Under the pieces are notes generated by a model. The model was not told where the DNA came from. It made no database searches and saw only the letters and a program-made list of their open reading frames with translations. DNA of 64,000 nt from Pocillopora damicornis (taxonomy: Eukaryota): the NCBI RefSeq assembly GCF_003704095.1, contig NW_020846166.1, forward strand, positions 186,001-250,000, written 5' to 3'. The translations under genes and the position numbers were made by a program. Positions 1-14,400 of this stretch are shown here, piece by piece; the first letter of the stretch is position 1; the number at the start of each line of letters is the position of its first letter.

Positions 1-221
1 TGGAAAAAATACCACACGATGTAGTAAGAATTACGCATTCAAAATCAATGATTTCAAATGCAAACGAGGGATCACCGTGATTTTGTTTTCATAGCTGTTC
101 AGAGGGGGATCTACGAGTCTCTTGTGATCCGCCATTGTTACGTCACACCACCTCGTCAATTCGAGGAAATTTATCCGAAAGAAAGGAGAGGAACTTAACT
201 AAAAATTCATCAGCTTGATAC

Positions 222-3200
222 CTTTGCTGTTCTTTGTGTCTCTTAGTTTCGTGTCTATGCCAGCCAACTCAAACTGAGCCATCTCTTGGGAAACAATTTC
301 GATCCCTTTTCCTTTGTTTGCGACAGTTTTTCTCCATTTATAATCCACGTCATCAGTAGTATGAGCATCTGAAATGATAAGTAAATCAGTCAAACGATGA
401 GGCATACTCATTAATTTCTCCAGCATTGCAAATTGTACTATTTCTAGAGTGTGATTGGTTAAGCAAAGAGAAACTGGAGAAAGATAATTACAATTTTAAA
501 AAACGCAAGAGGGAGTCCTCGGTAAATATTTGGACTTCAAACCTCAAATCTCTCGATAGGATTCACCCTAAAAACATTGCGGTGAAGAGGGCTTGTTAGA
601 AGCCTGGCTGTAAAATTATGCTGAGTTCTCAAACGATGTTACTTCTCCGAAATCGAAGTGAATATTCTCTAAAGAAGTAAATTTCAGAAAGAATAGGGCA
701 TTCTTCTGCTTTTTATTCATTTCTCAGTTTGACTGAAAAAAAATTGAAGTAATCTGTAAATAATCTTTGTAATGTTTGCAAAACAAGATCAGACCACTCC
801 AACTTTGATATCGAGTTACAGACGTACTCACAGCTTTCAATGATCAGAGGACAGTGTTGGGTATCCATTGGGTAAAGTCGGAAGTCCATGTCACATTGCG
901 CCGTCAAGGTTATTCTGCAAAGAAAATGGAAACAGATATCACCAAAAGGTATTGAGAATATTTTGTTTGTCATTTTAGTTGCTTTGGCTAATAGAACATT
1001 GCATCTGAGGGCTCAAAATAATTTCTAAGAACATATCACTTTTGGCCTCCGTGAGGTACGTACTGGAGCGGAAGAAATATCCCCTTACATAATTATTCCG
1101 TATGTCGTATTGTAGCTATTATCACAATTTACCCCACTTTACTCTTCAAAAATTCAATAATTATTCAAAATATTTCCTGAAATTAGAAGTACTAGACTAA
1201 ATTACTCCTTCGCTTCCACCAGTTGGAATTTATTCGCCAAAATTTAAGCCTGCCCATCATTATTCTCGTGAATATCATATAGCTTCTAAGGTTCAAGTTT
1301 ACGGACGAAAAACATTTGCATCACCTTGCGCTGAAGTATATTTTCCCTGTGGAGTAAATCATGACTCGCATGTTCTCGCGAGTGACATAATGGTACTTTA
1401 TTCTTTTTACATTAAAGAAATATGTGTCCGGAGTCCAGAAGAGCTTGGAAGGATCTCCTGCCATGTTAAATGGTGTGCTAGAATTATGCCTGAACCTTGG
1501 ATCGTACCACCACTGGCGGAAGAAAATGTCCATCGAATAATCCTGGTTTTTAAAGAAATGAAAGCTAATCAGAAGTCCAAGTAAAATTGGTTTACTACTA
1601 TGGCAATGATGTAGCTATGAGTTGTCGCTAGTAATTGCGTGAACATTGGGTTTGTCAAGGAAAGGTGACTATGATTATTAATAGAAACATCTTTGCATGG
1701 GCTCAGTTGTCACTGCTATACTGGAGTAGAGCACCCTGGGGAATATTCTCTACGCCTAGTTGTATGTCTTCTCCCGATTAACAATGATCTTCAATCTTCA
1801 TTGTAGAATCTCCATAAGGTGTGAGTTGATAGATTTTTAATTTAGATGACTCAGCGTCGGTTGATTGAGTTACTATTCACTTATCTTCACTCTTCGTTGT
1901 CACTCAAAAACTATCTCAGTAAAACAACTGAGGTAGGCTACTGCATGCTATAAAGTGCAATCCCTTGGGACTTGCCATGGAAGACAGCACTCAACAGATA
2001 GTTGAGAGCCTCACACCAAACAAATAAATATAACATCTTTAGTACCATGTTTGCCTCGTTTAGCTCTCCAAAGGAAACAACTTTGATCTCCACGGTGATT
2101 TCAACAGGTTCACCTATTGAAAAGTAAACCAAAGAAAGAATTTGTTATATGAAGTGCACCCTCAAGGAACAATGGATAAATTAAGTGAAGGTGGTTTAGA
2201 ATGTGTCGGGATAGGGATGCTTTGAACAGAAAAGCCTTCCTGTTTTCTACCCGAGAGTATTAGTTAAACAATAGCTCAGAGTTGGTGTCCAAACATTGAC
2301 AGACGGTAGAAATGCATTTGTGAATTCTATGGTTTGGTAAAGGAATGGAAAATCAAGGAACTCTGGTATTATAAATATAAATGCTAACGTTAGCAATTCG
2401 TGCCGTAGCTGATTTGATTGCAGTTAGATGCATTTATGATTTCTTAAGCAGCTTACCTCCGGCATTAGGGCGGAGTTTAGGGTCATAATTGGCTAGTATT
2501 TCATTAATGGTGGAAGATAAATTGGCAGCCTCTTCCTTGCCACGTACCCAGTCTTCATCCTCCTCTAAAGACCTGTTTTATGAGACATCTAATAATTTAA
2601 GATGTAACAAGTATATATCAAAGCACGCGTTATATAAAACATTCTGAACGTAAGTAGATATACTTAGTACCTAATTCTCTAACAGCTGAAGCCAGTGTCT
2701 AGAAAACACGTTGGTTCTTATCGTCAGTGTATTTTATAGTTCTGTGAACATTTTTTGGACAAGTTGCAGGCGTCAGTTGGTAATCTTTAGTGTAAGTAGG
2801 ATTATTATGACATCACTTTAACGCTGTGCTTATGAGGGTTACATAACACCTCTAGCGATAACGGACAGGTGAAATTTCTGTTACAGGAATTACTGATACT
2901 TAAGTTCTAATTATCAGCCAAACATGCTTTCAAAAATGCATCCTCGTAAGACTTTTTAACCATTCATTCCATCCTTAATTAGACCCTCAAACTAGTATGA
3001 TGAAATCTCATCCGGCTTCGAAGAATACCAAATGAAACGGTGTGAACTTCCTGTCATACATTATGCATCGTTAATTGCGGGTAGCTGTTTGTAACTGCTG
3101 TCTTAATCGATTCCTCTAGAATTAATGGCTACTTGTCTCAGTCCAAGGCACTATTTTTTGGTTTGCTGCTTTTAGCTTTTTTCTCATTCTACCAAGTTAC

Positions 3201-4078
3201 ATACTGATGTAAAGTAGAAATCATTCTTTCCCCCCTTACTTGAATGTCAGTGATAAATTGATATTTCCAAAGGAGTAAGTCATATCTTTCAATAGACAGG
3301 GTCGTAACAAAACAGGATGCAGTGCTGTGTTTGATGATAGACACGAGAAAGGAAAACATCGATGAAAAGATACTTTTCAAATAAAACATGAACGTTAATG
3401 AGTAAAAACTGGCAGTCATCTCAGTCGAATCAAGGTCGCTTTTAAGTGTTATTTTCTGGCGATCTTTTTTTTAGTTTAATAGGTATTTTGACATTTCCTA
3501 TAAGTCCAATACTTCAGAGGTTTGGCCGGCGATATAATGCATAACTAACTACGAAGCTCTCTTCTTTGTTTTGTTAAGTTTCCCACCAGGCTATGTTTTG
3601 TGACAGTCACTTTTGGTAACTTTTGCCATAGATGTGAAGCGAATCAGAATTTTGCATTTGGAAACTTAAGAAAGAAACCAGAAGTTACCAACTTAAGTCT
3701 TGGGAATGTGTGAGCGTTTTAGTTCATTCACGAAGCTTTTTGCTTCAAATGATACCCGCATTCTCGTACAAACATGTGGGATAAGTATGAAGTGACTAAT
3801 GAATAAAGGGTCGATTTAAGGAAAGAATAATTTATTACTAGTATCGTTCAGCCATAAACTTAAAAGAAGAAAAAGCCTTAAAAAATTATTTGTTTTCTTT
3901 GTATAACAAAGCTACAGTTCTCATCAAATTTTGGAACCCGTGAACGCGAAATTCATAGGTTCGCGTGTTTTTATGAATAGACAAATTACCTTTCGTGTCG
4001 GTGGCCTGTAATCGAAAACCCATGGCAGGAAGAAGCTGCTAACATTAACAAAGTCACCAGTGCATGTGGCAAACTCAT
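222..4078 (-). CDS. Cys-loop ligand-gated ion channel subunit, GABA-A/glycine receptor-like; N-terminal extracellular domain only (gene continues off the left edge)
   Basis: Phase-compatible GT-AG exons 4078-3990 (signal peptide MSLPHALVTLLMLAASSCHG), 2572-2457 (ILANYDPKLRP), 2113-2046 (GEPVEITVEIKVVSFGELNEANM), 1542-1325 (DYSMDIFFRQWWYDPR...FWTPDTYFFN), 914-832 (Cys-loop CDMDFRLYPMDTQHC, C-x13-C) and 368-222 (ESYAHTTDDVDYKW...QFEL). TM exons lie outside the window. Confidence 0.93.
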
Positions 4079-7000
4079 TCTGAAATCCAACGTATTGAAG
4101 AGTGATAAACGTAACCTCAAAATTTTACGATAGATCGAATCCGAGAGATTTCTAAGGATTTATAATATAGAAGTATTTAAGGTAAACATATCTTACTTGT
4201 TAGCTTCGATCCAATGACGAAAAAACTTGCGGTTAAGATTAAGAAGTCAGTTAAAATATTCACTTAAGTTCGGGAAAAACAATTTTTGACAGTACTAGTT
4301 CAGTCATAATATTTCTTTCTATAGGAGGTTTGGCAATAACTATTCGTAACCAAGAAATTTGCAAAACAATCAATTAGCCGCATTGTACCTAGCCAAATTG
4401 TCAAACTATCAATAATACATAGTCTCATAATATTTGCGCGCTCGATTTTTAAATACAAGTTCAGGCACACTTACAGACTGTAATATAATGCAACACGTGA
4501 GTTTTGATGTAGATTCTTAAGACATTTTGGTTATTCGTTCTATATGAATAAATTACTAAGCTCTCGATATTTTTTGGTTCGATAAAAATTATTATTTCAT
4601 AGGGAGCCAAAATAAATGAATTCAGTCTACAGTTTTACCCGGCTGAAGCGCTGCCATGCAGCGAGCTCAGCAGGTCGATAATAAGAAATGACAGGTGGGT
4701 ATCCTCGTAAACCTAACTCATACCTGTACTTTTTGTTCGAATGTTACTGAGAATTATCTAACACATAATGCAGAGCTAAACAACTAATATGAAGAAGGCA
4801 GAGGTGAAAAGTTTAAAATGAAAACGAGTGATTCCCTCTTTAGTGTTTGTTGTTTTAAAAGTAGTGAACTTGACGAAAAAGCAGGGCCTGCTGTTGCAAA
4901 GTTGAAATAGATGGATGATGTTTCATGTTGCGACTTCGACTTTTTCCTAATTCTTGATACGTTCAAAATCCTCCTCACTGTACAATTTATAGACATAAAA
5001 ATTAAAACCTCTTGCACAGTGTGGACAAAAAACTATCCGTTTCCTTCGCCAACTGGTAAAGATGTTAGCTTCTTTGCAAAATTTTACCTCCCGTGACATG
5101 TTGTTTTGAGCAGTTGGAGGTCAGATTCGAACCAATTCGAAATTGAAAAGTTTCAAATAAGTTACTTTTATGTTACTTTATCTCAAAACTCGTCATTGCG
5201 CTTTTTTGAAGTCGATGGAAATGCGAAAGAGCATGATCATTTAATGTACCGATGAAAATTAAATTTTCCTAGAATTATTTTTAGAAAGCCCCATACAACA
5301 TTAATTAGGTAAACAATATGCGTAGGTTTGCGACTACGGTTAGATTCCGCGGCGATGGGATAGGATCTCTTTTCCTCACAGCGTAATCATAATATCCAAC
5401 TCTAGATAGCGTTTATATATCTAATACTTAATCAGCAGCCACTGCATGATATAACTGGAAGGATTTTTAGTCTGAAATATCGCAAACCAGCATTGAAAAA
5501 TAATTCGAATTCATTGTTAGTAAACCAAAGAAATTAATGTTAATCCACAACGAAATGTTTTCCCAGCCGTTTACTAACTTTAAAACCGAAAACTTACTAA
5601 GATAATCAAATCATTTTGTGGCTAAAGTAGAGAACTAGTGAAAGCGAAAGACAAGCCTTTTCTAATCGGGAAGTTTCTCACGCATTTGCAAAAAGCGGGA
5701 GGGCCCCCTTCTGTAATTTCTGCTTGAACTTTTGCATCGCAAATGAGTCTTCAACCGTGCATTATTGTTGTTTTGACACTGGGGAGGCGTTAACATTGCA
5801 ATTTCTGTCATTTGAATGAAGAAATGTTTGATATTTGCTAGTTCTCAGGATTTGCTAAAAGTAATTGATTTTCCGAATTTATGGAAATGAAAAGCTTGTA
5901 TGGATGTACTCCAATTTACGATACAACCTTCGACTGTGCATTAGTGCTCATTTTGATGAAAGAGAGGTACCAATATTGTAATCTGTGTCAGTAAAACGAA
6001 GAACTGTTTCAGATAATGTCTTTGAGAAAACAAGACGTCAAGTTATTACAAGTTTGTGACAATAAAAGAATTCCCAGGGGTATCTGAGGTCCCCCTAGTA
6101 GAACCCACACTTCCCATCTTTTCTGGCATAAAAAAATCAGCTTACTTTGCTTTGCTCCAGTGACGAACAGAAAAGTCATTAGGAACTTCAATTAAACTGG
6201 TTATGTTCTATATTTATTAAACTTCACGTAACGAACCGTCAAAACTTTTCTTGGTTTCTTCCCTTACCTATCATTTAAAATAAAGACATTTTTTTGTGGT
6301 TTCGCAAAATTCCATGCAAAAACAATTCCTAACATCTCCAATGAACAAGCAAGTCTGGGCTCAGTTCCTACATGGGTAGTGGAAGCCATAACTTTTAAAA
6401 GAATTTTAAACAATGGTTAATTTTTGGGCACCTGATGTTCTTTATTCGTGTTTAAGTGAAAAGGATATCTAACCTACCGCTACAGGTTAGGTCCACAGTT
6501 TACTATGTTCCTGTCACAAGATGAGAATTGGCAAATGCAGACTTCATCCTGCGAGAGTCCTGTATGAAATGTGTACAATAAATTGAAAATCTTAAAAGGC
6601 AATGCATCGTTCGTATCTCCGTTTTTTTAACCACGTCCGTTGTAAATTTGTTTCACATTTGCTTCATGAAAGGTTATAGTAATAGCTGAAGTGCAGCCTC
6701 GGATCCACCCAGCTACAGAAACAGTTTAAAACGTTTAGCATGATCTAACTACGGTTTAAAAAGTAATTCACAGTAAAAGGAATACTCTTTCCTTCCAGAC
6801 AGATGATGCTGAACTGAGGCAAAAGCTTTGATTGGGTACATTATGATGTCGGGGTATTGTTCTGTTCGTTTTCATAGATGAACCCCTAACGGGAGGAAAT
6901 TGATCTCTATGATTTAACTCAAAAGTGTCACATCACTTATGTCACGGAGGTTTCAGATAAATTGGTTGCTTGTGTTGCTTCGTACTGTAACTAACGTAAC

Positions 7001-8436
7001 TCTTTCCCCAAAAGTTTTACAAGAAGGGTGTTTTGAGTCTTCAAGAGTCAGGTCTTGTCAGGGGTTGATTTAGTTGTCATTTAATGTTCTTTTGCAGCGA
7101 GATAAGGGGAAGAGGTGACTTAGGAGAAAAGAGATGAAATGAGGGCGCAAATGATATTGGGCCTGCAAAGAAATGTTCGGTATACCTTGATCACAATTAA
7201 TCGCCTGCATCTTAGTTGACCAGTTTATGTGCAGTTGTTTTACATGTCTCATTTTGTCTTAAATCATTATTTATTATCATAGTTAAACAAGCTTGACAAC
7301 TGTTTATAAACGGGGCAATAACGACTTTCTCTGTGGTGATAATTCTAGACACACTGACGATATGTGCTTTAACTTGTCAAAATTGTTATACATTTTCCCT
7401 TGAGATTTGTTCAAGCTTTTACCAAACTTAATGTTAATCCTTATTTAGCAGCAAATCAGAATATATGAATGGGCCAGATAAAAAATGAATTATCCAACTC
7501 CCACACCCAGCCTAGTATGGTGTGTGTAATTGATTAGATATGAATGTGGCTAAGCACTGTTATTCAATGTGGCCACCTAGAGCTACTTAAAAGTTGAAAT
7601 ATCAGTGAGTAATGAATATTTTTAATACAATAAGAGTAACACGTTCTATAGTCTCCAACTAAGAGCACTCTTGTAAACACTATGAGCCTCTGAAATCTCT
7701 ATGGTTACTCTCAATTGGCTTGATTTTTCCAGTATTTACCGAACTTCACTATAAACATGCCTTTGGGCGCATAGGGAATTCTCGAAACATTATATCAGTT
7801 GTTCTATAAGTTTCTGTGCTCGCATACCCAGTGAAGAATGGTACAATCCAAGATTAGAAGTGCGCCTAGGCTCCTGTTTTAAATCTGAGATCAAGATTAT
7901 TCATTGAATTAACTTTTGAACTAATTATCACTTTTGCTTTACTGTGAGGATTGCCCTGCACAGTACTACGTTTCGTTTTGGGACTGTGTCCGATGTAAAT
8001 AGAACTGTTTCAATATCTTCTAGTACCTTCTAGAAAGGTATTAATCGCCAACCCTGGTTTATCCCGCGATGGAAAAATGATTTTGATCACAGTCTCCTCT
8101 TTAACTGCAGATTTCATTTACTACATAAAGAGTACGTTTCACAAAATACTTGAAGTAATGGCTAAGAATTAGAAAATCTAGTAACTGATCAAGACGTATA
8201 TCATATATATTACTTTAATACATTAATTACATGTATTAGGCTTGAACTACCTAGCATTCTGTCGGTTAGCAGGCAGTTGCATCTAAACCTATCCCTAAAA
8301 AAAAAAGCACAGATGACAAATTGCCAAAATGTGATGTCTAAAAGGACGATCATCTTTGGGGAAGCCTGATGAGTTAATAATTAAAACCTGACAAACAGCA
8401 AGTACACAGGGTATTTTTTCCGTATGCATTTCCTGA

Positions 8437-11400
8437 TTATACAGCTGTTTCCCACACTGTCTCTTCCACTACCTCATCAGAGTTGATCTGAGGATCTGCT
8501 GTTGTTCCTTTAGCTGCTGAGTGGTCATTGTCAACATCTGTTTTGTTTTGCTCTGTGGAATATTAAAAAAATCCTGAACATATACGTGTTCATTGTCAAC
8601 AAGCTTTCTGGGGATTTTTTTGCGTTGCCTTAAATTGGACATGATGCCGCGAGTAAGCCTAACATATTTCAAGAAAACATACTCATAATTACTTTCCCAT
8701 TGCGTAATTAAAATAAAGGGAATGCATGAACATTTTTGGAACCTCAATAATCGAGTGAATGATGGAGATTCTAAAAATTATTTAAACCACACCTTTTCCA
8801 GTAGATTTGTCCTCATCCCCTACAAAATCTGTGTGTGGCTCCTCATATTCGGAATTTGCTGCAATATTTTTCTGTGACTTTTTATGACCTTCAGTCTTTG
8901 TTTCCGTTGGCAGTGCTTCTATTGTTTCAGAAAAATTATTAGGCTCAGTTTCGGGCTTTTCTGGCTTAGCAGTCTCCGCGTATTTTGTGATCAGCTGCTG
9001 TTGGAATTGGAGTTCAGTATGTTCTTCCCCTGGGTGCTCATGTTTGTGAACCTCCTCTTGCTCTTTTTCAGGTTCCTCTTCGGCTTCTTTGGCTGATTCT
9101 GTGTGGAACATGCAAATTTGAGAGATTTGTAAATGTTGTTAGGGAATGTGTGTACTGTTTCTTTCGATGGTAAGTAAACGAGTAAATTAAACAACATTAT
9201 CAAAAGCATAAACTGTCAAAGTTGTACTGGTTCTTCCATGAAATGTATCCCCTCGGTAAGCCAGTAAAGCCAAACATCAGCGGATGTCTATACCTTTTCC
9301 AGCTTGGGTTCGACCACACTTTGTTATAAAGTAGTTGCACAGCTGTTGCCATTTTGCCTTGAGAACGTCTCGAACCTATATTTGAGAGAAAAAGGTTTCC
9401 TTACCTTGAATTAAGAAGTTTCAGTAAATGATAAAACCTAAAATCATGTCAGATCATGTTGGATGGCACTGTCTCATTCTATTGTAATGTGACAGAGCTT
9501 CGCTCCTTTCAACTGATTTCAATTTAAATAAGAGAATGTTTAACTTTTGCTTCACACATTTCACATAATTTGTAGAACTTTCTATTACTTGAAACTTTCA
9601 TACTTTTTTTAAACGATTACACGAGCATATTGTTACGGCATCTAGGGTGATCATTGATGATTTTCTCATAAAATATCAAAACAATGGACATAATGTGCGA
9701 TCCATGATATGTAACACGTATTCTTGGATACATACTTTGTTTAGAACTGTGGAAGATCTTGAGAAATGAATCTTCAATCCTTTTTAATTTCCCCCTTGTT
9801 GGTTTCGTCACTTTTTCATAGAGTTGGTCATTACATGCTGCCCTCTTTTGATTTATATTTAGTTGATGTCTTTTAGTGAAACATAACTTTCGCTAAGCGA
9901 GATGAAATAGAAAAACTTGCTTAAAAGTTAAAAGTTTCATTTACAATTTACGGTTATTTACAAATTTTAAAGTGATAATTACCTGTGTGGTGGACAAGGT
10001 GTATAGGATCGGATTTATGGCAGAGTTGAAGGGAAGAAAAAACACTGCAATCCACACTGCGAGATCTCCTCGTGTCCTGAACGACTTTTCCACGATGGAC
10101 CTGAGTGCAATCACAATGATGGGCATCCAACAGATACAGTCGGTCAGGATGATGAAAAACACACGCTTGGCAAGAGCTGTCTCTCGCTGGGTTTTAGCTG
10201 ACATCGACTGAACCTGACATCTGTTTATAACTATTGTAAGATAGGCCACAATGACAAAGGCAAGAAATGCCAAGTTCAACCCAACAAAGACAGCCACAGA
10301 ATATTCCCAAGCAGGTGCCTTATCATTGGAGAGTTGAAGTGGGAGACAAACAACAGATCTGCCATAGAAGTGACGACCTTTAAAATACTGAATGCTAAAA
10401 GTAGGAAGGAAAGCAATTATGAAACCGATTATCCAGATAGCAAAGCACAATGTATGAGTGGCTTTGTTGGTTAGTCCATTAACACTGAAAGGGAACACAA
10501 TATTTTTAAGCCTGTCAGCAGAGATTAGAGAAAGAAGCATCATTGACACCTCGCTTGACAACACAGCGATTGCACCAGATATCTGGCATGACAAACTCGT
10601 TCGCCAGTTGAAGTCATGTAAGTAGTATTTCCCTGCCCACATCGCATCCTTCCAACCTATAATGATTAGGTAAACACCCATTAAGCCATCAGATACCGCC
10701 AAGTGTATCAACATGATTGACTGTGCAATATTTTCCTCCCTGTAGACCATTCGCCACGTGATGACAAACACAGCTCCAACCAGAGACGTGACACTAATAA
10801 CCCAAACACACTTCCTAGGAGCTCGATTTCTGAACATAGTCTCGCAACTGGCAAAGCGGTCGACGTAGGCAAAGTCGCAATCCGCGTCCACTTTCGTCAA
10901 ATGGCAACACATCAGGCTTGTGTCTACAGTCCTACGGTTCATAGAAAGAGTTCAAATGAATCCCAGAGGAGAAAATGCGCTTAAGAAATGACAGGTACTC
11001 AAAGTGATAAAATATCGAGGGTAAATTCCGATGTGAAAATGAATTCCCATTACTTAACAGTTTCACCGGCAGGGAAATTGGAAAAGTGGGAACAATCAGA
11101 AAGTCTCCATATACGTCAATGGTAGGGGCAGCGAAGTTGTAAGCACTGCATAAGTAGGTGGAGAAGAATGAAAGTTCTAATAAACCGCTTCATCTAGGCA
11201 CTAAGAGTATATTTGAATTGACTAACGTTGTTATTAATTCCTTCATGTTGGAGAAAAAACCTTTTGGTAATTCCCGCATCTCGTTGTAATGAAGGTACCT
11301 GCGCGTTAAAAGAAAGTGATACAGTTTAGCCAGCAATACCCGCTCATGTTCTAATGAAATGATCTCTTCAACCTAATGCATCAGTTACTGGGAGGTCGAC

Positions 11401-14400
11401 TTTAGTTCGCTCGTTCTTTTTCGTCCAAACTCTCAATGATTACGAGAAACCAAAACGTTATAACCTTAGCAGAAGGAGACTGATGAGAGCTAAGTGAAAG
11501 GGAAAAGTGAGTATCAAACGCCTAGTATACACCCTAAATAAACTCAGTGCATACTCACAAGAATCGAATGTTTGATGCGACATCTTTGAATTGTTCCTTA
11601 GTTACTGCAGAGATTTTGTTTAGATGAAAGTCCCTGCAAAACGAGAAACCACTTAAAAGCGTAAATGTCATGCAAGAATTGTAAATTCCTTCGTAAACTG
11701 AGGTCATTTTAAGGTCATTTTGTTTCGTTTTGTTTCAAAGTTAAAGTTCAGTAATCGGAAGTCAACATAACATGCGCTTTTTGTGTCGTATATGATGATA
11801 AGACTTCGTCAGAACCAATACTGCGCAGGTTGTAAAGAAGTCCCTTAGATGGCTTAGCTCTTCTTTAAAGNNNNNNNNNNNNNNNNNNNNNNNNNNNNNN
11901 NNNNNNNNNNNNNNNNNNNNNNNNNNNNNNNNNNNNNNNNNNNNNNNNNNNNNNNNNNNNNNNNNNNNNNCAGTCTCCATTATAAACATGAACTGCGTAC
12001 AATATTTCTATCTTGGAGAGATTGTTGAACCTTGGCAAACGCTGAAGTCCGTTACTGGACAGAACGCTGCAGGGAAAGACAAAAGAAGAAACATAGAACA
12101 TTAAAATGATCTTCATTGGTTCTTAAAATTATTTTTCTAGAATTTGGATACTGACCACAATTTTTTTTTTAAAACAAGATCAGGTCTCGCAAAGTAAAAT
12201 ATTACACCTGATCCGTGATAAATTGGACTAAAGGCGTTCTTTCACATCTGCTGTAAACAGGCGTCTTCCGAATTTTTCTCCTTAGCATCAGTCGGTACCA
12301 AAACTGTGAAAGGTCGATCAGTCTTTCGACAAATCAATGTTGTACAAGTTAAACTCTCTTATTTATGCAATGTCTCCTAACAAGGTATCATGCAGCAATA
12401 TGATGTCTAGTTACGTGAAAGAAAATGCTGTTAAAGACAGTCAAATTTAATTCGAAACTTTAAATACAATTGATGCGTTAACAAAACCATGAACAGGTGA
12501 GGAAATGTAGCAAAATGAGCATTATAGTAATATAGTGCATTTTATCCCCTCTTTCATAGAGCCTAAGAAGTTTGTGTGTTGCTGTAACTGTTGGAAAAAT
12601 TGTGAGGCGAAACTTTAAAATAATTTGATGTTAGAAGTAGCGTTATTGTTCAGTCTCAACAGGATACCACTTACAGCCTTTTCAACTCAGTGAGGTTTCC
12701 GAAAACTTTCGATGGCAGACGCTTAATCGCGTTGTTCGACAAATCCCTTAAAATAATAGTTCAGTTTAGAATAAAGACTAAGCTAACTTTGAAAGAAAAA
12801 AATCAGAAAATTCAGTCTTCTTGAGGGAGAGGACTAGATTCCCGCTCCCCCCCCCCTCCCTTCCTCACTCTTCCGGCAGGTGCTGAATTAGAGCCAGGTT
12901 AGGAATTAAATTATGCGATAAAAGTTGTCTACGAAATGTTGCTCAGAAAAAGTAAGGAAATAATTCCAGAGTTTCATGAATGTTATAAATAGCAAAATAA
13001 TTGCGGAGTGTTCTGAATGGATGTCAGTCGGAGGCAAAATTAGACAAGATGATTGAAAGCCTTTCAAGGGGCTTAGGTAAAAATCGATTACTATAAAATA
13101 GTATTTAGAATGGAATTGTAACTGGATGTTAGTAAAACAAGCTCTACTTACAATTTTTTCAGCTTAGTATTTGTGCTCAGAATGCCTCGAGACAAGTTGT
13201 GCAACTGGTTGTATGACAAGTCTCTGACAAAAAAAGATTGTACAATGAGTGGATTATATGTCGATTGAAATACAAGGAGACATTTATATATTTCTATCAA
13301 GCAAAATATTCTACAAATAATCTTTTAAAAATTTTTTTTTTTGCTTTTTCGTTGAAGGTTTTGTGAATTACTTCGATCAATTGAGGGTGTCAGATATAGG
13401 AAAGTAATGCTGATTACAAGATTCTCTTACCAGGTGGAGAGAATGAATCAGACAACAGTAAGAGAAACAAGAGAAACAAGAGAAAGAAGAGGCCAAATTA
13501 CGCACCATTGGTGGTTATTTTAACAAGGGTCTGGGCATGTTCATCAAAGAAACGATTAAATTTATCGGCTTAGAAATTTACAAATGGGAAGGTTTTTATT
13601 TCCTTGCCTCATCTAGTCTTTTACCCAAGGCTTCTCTCTCCTGACAACGGACAAACCCTACTTTCGTGTCATGGACAGTGACATGCAAACTGGAAAACTT
13701 ACCAAGCTGATAAAAAATTTGGCTGAAGTCAACTCTTTCTCATTGGAATTTGATGAACATTTCAGCCAATGTTGTTACAACAACCATTTTTAGGCTAAGA
13801 AGACTTCTTTGGTGACAGATTACAGTCATATGAACGATCACGCATCACGACCGACTCTATAACTACTGGTTCAACTTAAGCACTTACACAGGGCATTACA
13901 ATCTTGAACAAACAAATTTTAGAAGAAGGATTTAGGAAAAAATAGTTACAGTTCCTCCAAGTTAGTCAATCCATGAAATATGTCGCGTGGTAGCTTCTTT
14001 AGTTGGTTGCCGCCCAAATGCCTGCACGAATTACGAAAACGATAAGAGGGATTTTTACACGTTATTAAAGAAACATTTAAAAAGCATTTTTAGCCTAACA
14101 GAGAAGAAACTGGCCGAATAAGTTTCAGGTAGGAAAGTCTGGAAAGTTGCGAGCATAAGCAACCGAACCAAAATAAGTGTGGTCAAATCGATCGGATAGT
14201 AGACTAATACTTGACTCGGCAAATCACAGTTATATTTTCCTACAAAAAGGTTATTGCTTATCAAGGTTTGCTTATTGTAAGCCAGACTTTTGATGAAATG
14301 CCGGTATTGTGTAACCATGATCAAATTTGTTTTAAAGTTCTTCTGCTGCCTTTATGTGCTCTCGTCAAGCAGGCGAAGGGAGTGGTAGCTATCTTCCAAA

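Noticed and set aside
8365-8390. Additional hammerhead candidate (CTGATGAG...AAAAC)
   Set aside because: No GAAA box and no convincing stem II or stem I
8782-9111. Stand-alone Glu-rich ORF (109 aa)
   Set aside because: Splices in phase as a C-terminal tail exon of the GPCR
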